From Chiloscyllium plagiosum (lineage: Eukaryota): 64,000 nucleotides of DNA. Positions 63,598-64,000 of this stretch are shown one piece after another (positions within the stretch are counted from its first letter, which is position 1; each line of letters starts with the position of its first letter). A program made the position numbers and the translations under genes. The stretch spans positions 42,548,742 through 42,612,741 of the forward strand of contig NC_057719.1 in assembly GCF_004010195.1 (NCBI RefSeq), read 5' to 3'. The notes below the pieces were generated by a model. That model ran no database searches and was not told where the DNA came from. It worked only from the letters and a program-made list of their open reading frames with translations.

Positions 63598-64000
63598 TCT
63601 TGATGCTGTACTTGGTCAAATGCAGTGTTGAGGTCAAGGGCGCTCATTCTCACCTCAACTTTGGAATTCAACTTTTTGTCCATGTTTGAACTAAGGCTTA
63701 AATGAGGTCAGGAGCTGAGAGGTGTTGACAGAAACAAAACTGAGTGTCATTAAGTAGGTCATTCCTTTGCAAGTGCTGTTTTATAATGCTGTTCATGACA
63801 CCATCCATCTCTTTACTAATGATGTAGAGTTTACTGATGGGATTGTAATTGGCCAGGTTGAATTTGTCCTGCCTTTGTATACCTGTGTAATTTTCCCTGT
63901 TGTTGGATAGACGTCATTGCAGCTGTACTGGGATTGCTTGGCGAGGGACATGTCATGGTCTGGAGTGCAAATCCTCAGCACTATTTCCAGAATGTTGACA

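Larger units (their letters stand above)
59605..64000 (-). mobile_element. Fragmented CR1/L2-clade LINE hosting several younger insertions
   Basis: Minus-strand RT pieces ALDLNTAFDQV.H (63600-63680), AGVPQGSILGPIIFNCLIKDLP (62113-62250) and the C-terminus (60040-60560), separated by a SINE, an LTR and PLE inserts. Confidence 0.65.

Overview
Vertebrate genomic DNA, very likely a cartilaginous fish (shark), judged from its HE1/V-SINEs, CR1 LINEs and Penelope-like elements. It is not prokaryotic. Two host genes face away from each other. On the minus strand is the first coding exon of AKT1 (8791-8836, MTESTIVKEGWLHKR/G), with a CpG-island promoter at about 9.0-9.5 kb; positions 1-8790 are intron. 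On the plus strand is a complete BTB + 4xC2H2 zinc-finger gene best called ZBTB42 (45953-47374), with a CpG-island promoter, candidate upstream exons and a long, apparently TE-free 3' UTR. The rest is mostly nested, decayed transposons: CR1, Rex1/Babar, L2-like, Penelope, Gypsy with solo LTRs, PIF/Harbinger Myb relics, V-SINEs and Deu-SINEs. Two N gaps both fall inside Penelope copies. The most unusual signal is a set of hammerhead-ribozyme-like cores (CTGANGA-stemII-GAAA) at Penelope ends and in short palindromic, TSD-flanked non-coding derivatives; stems I and II differ between two subfamilies while the core is kept. I see no novel protein-coding system. All calls come from reading the sequence by eye; no searches were run.
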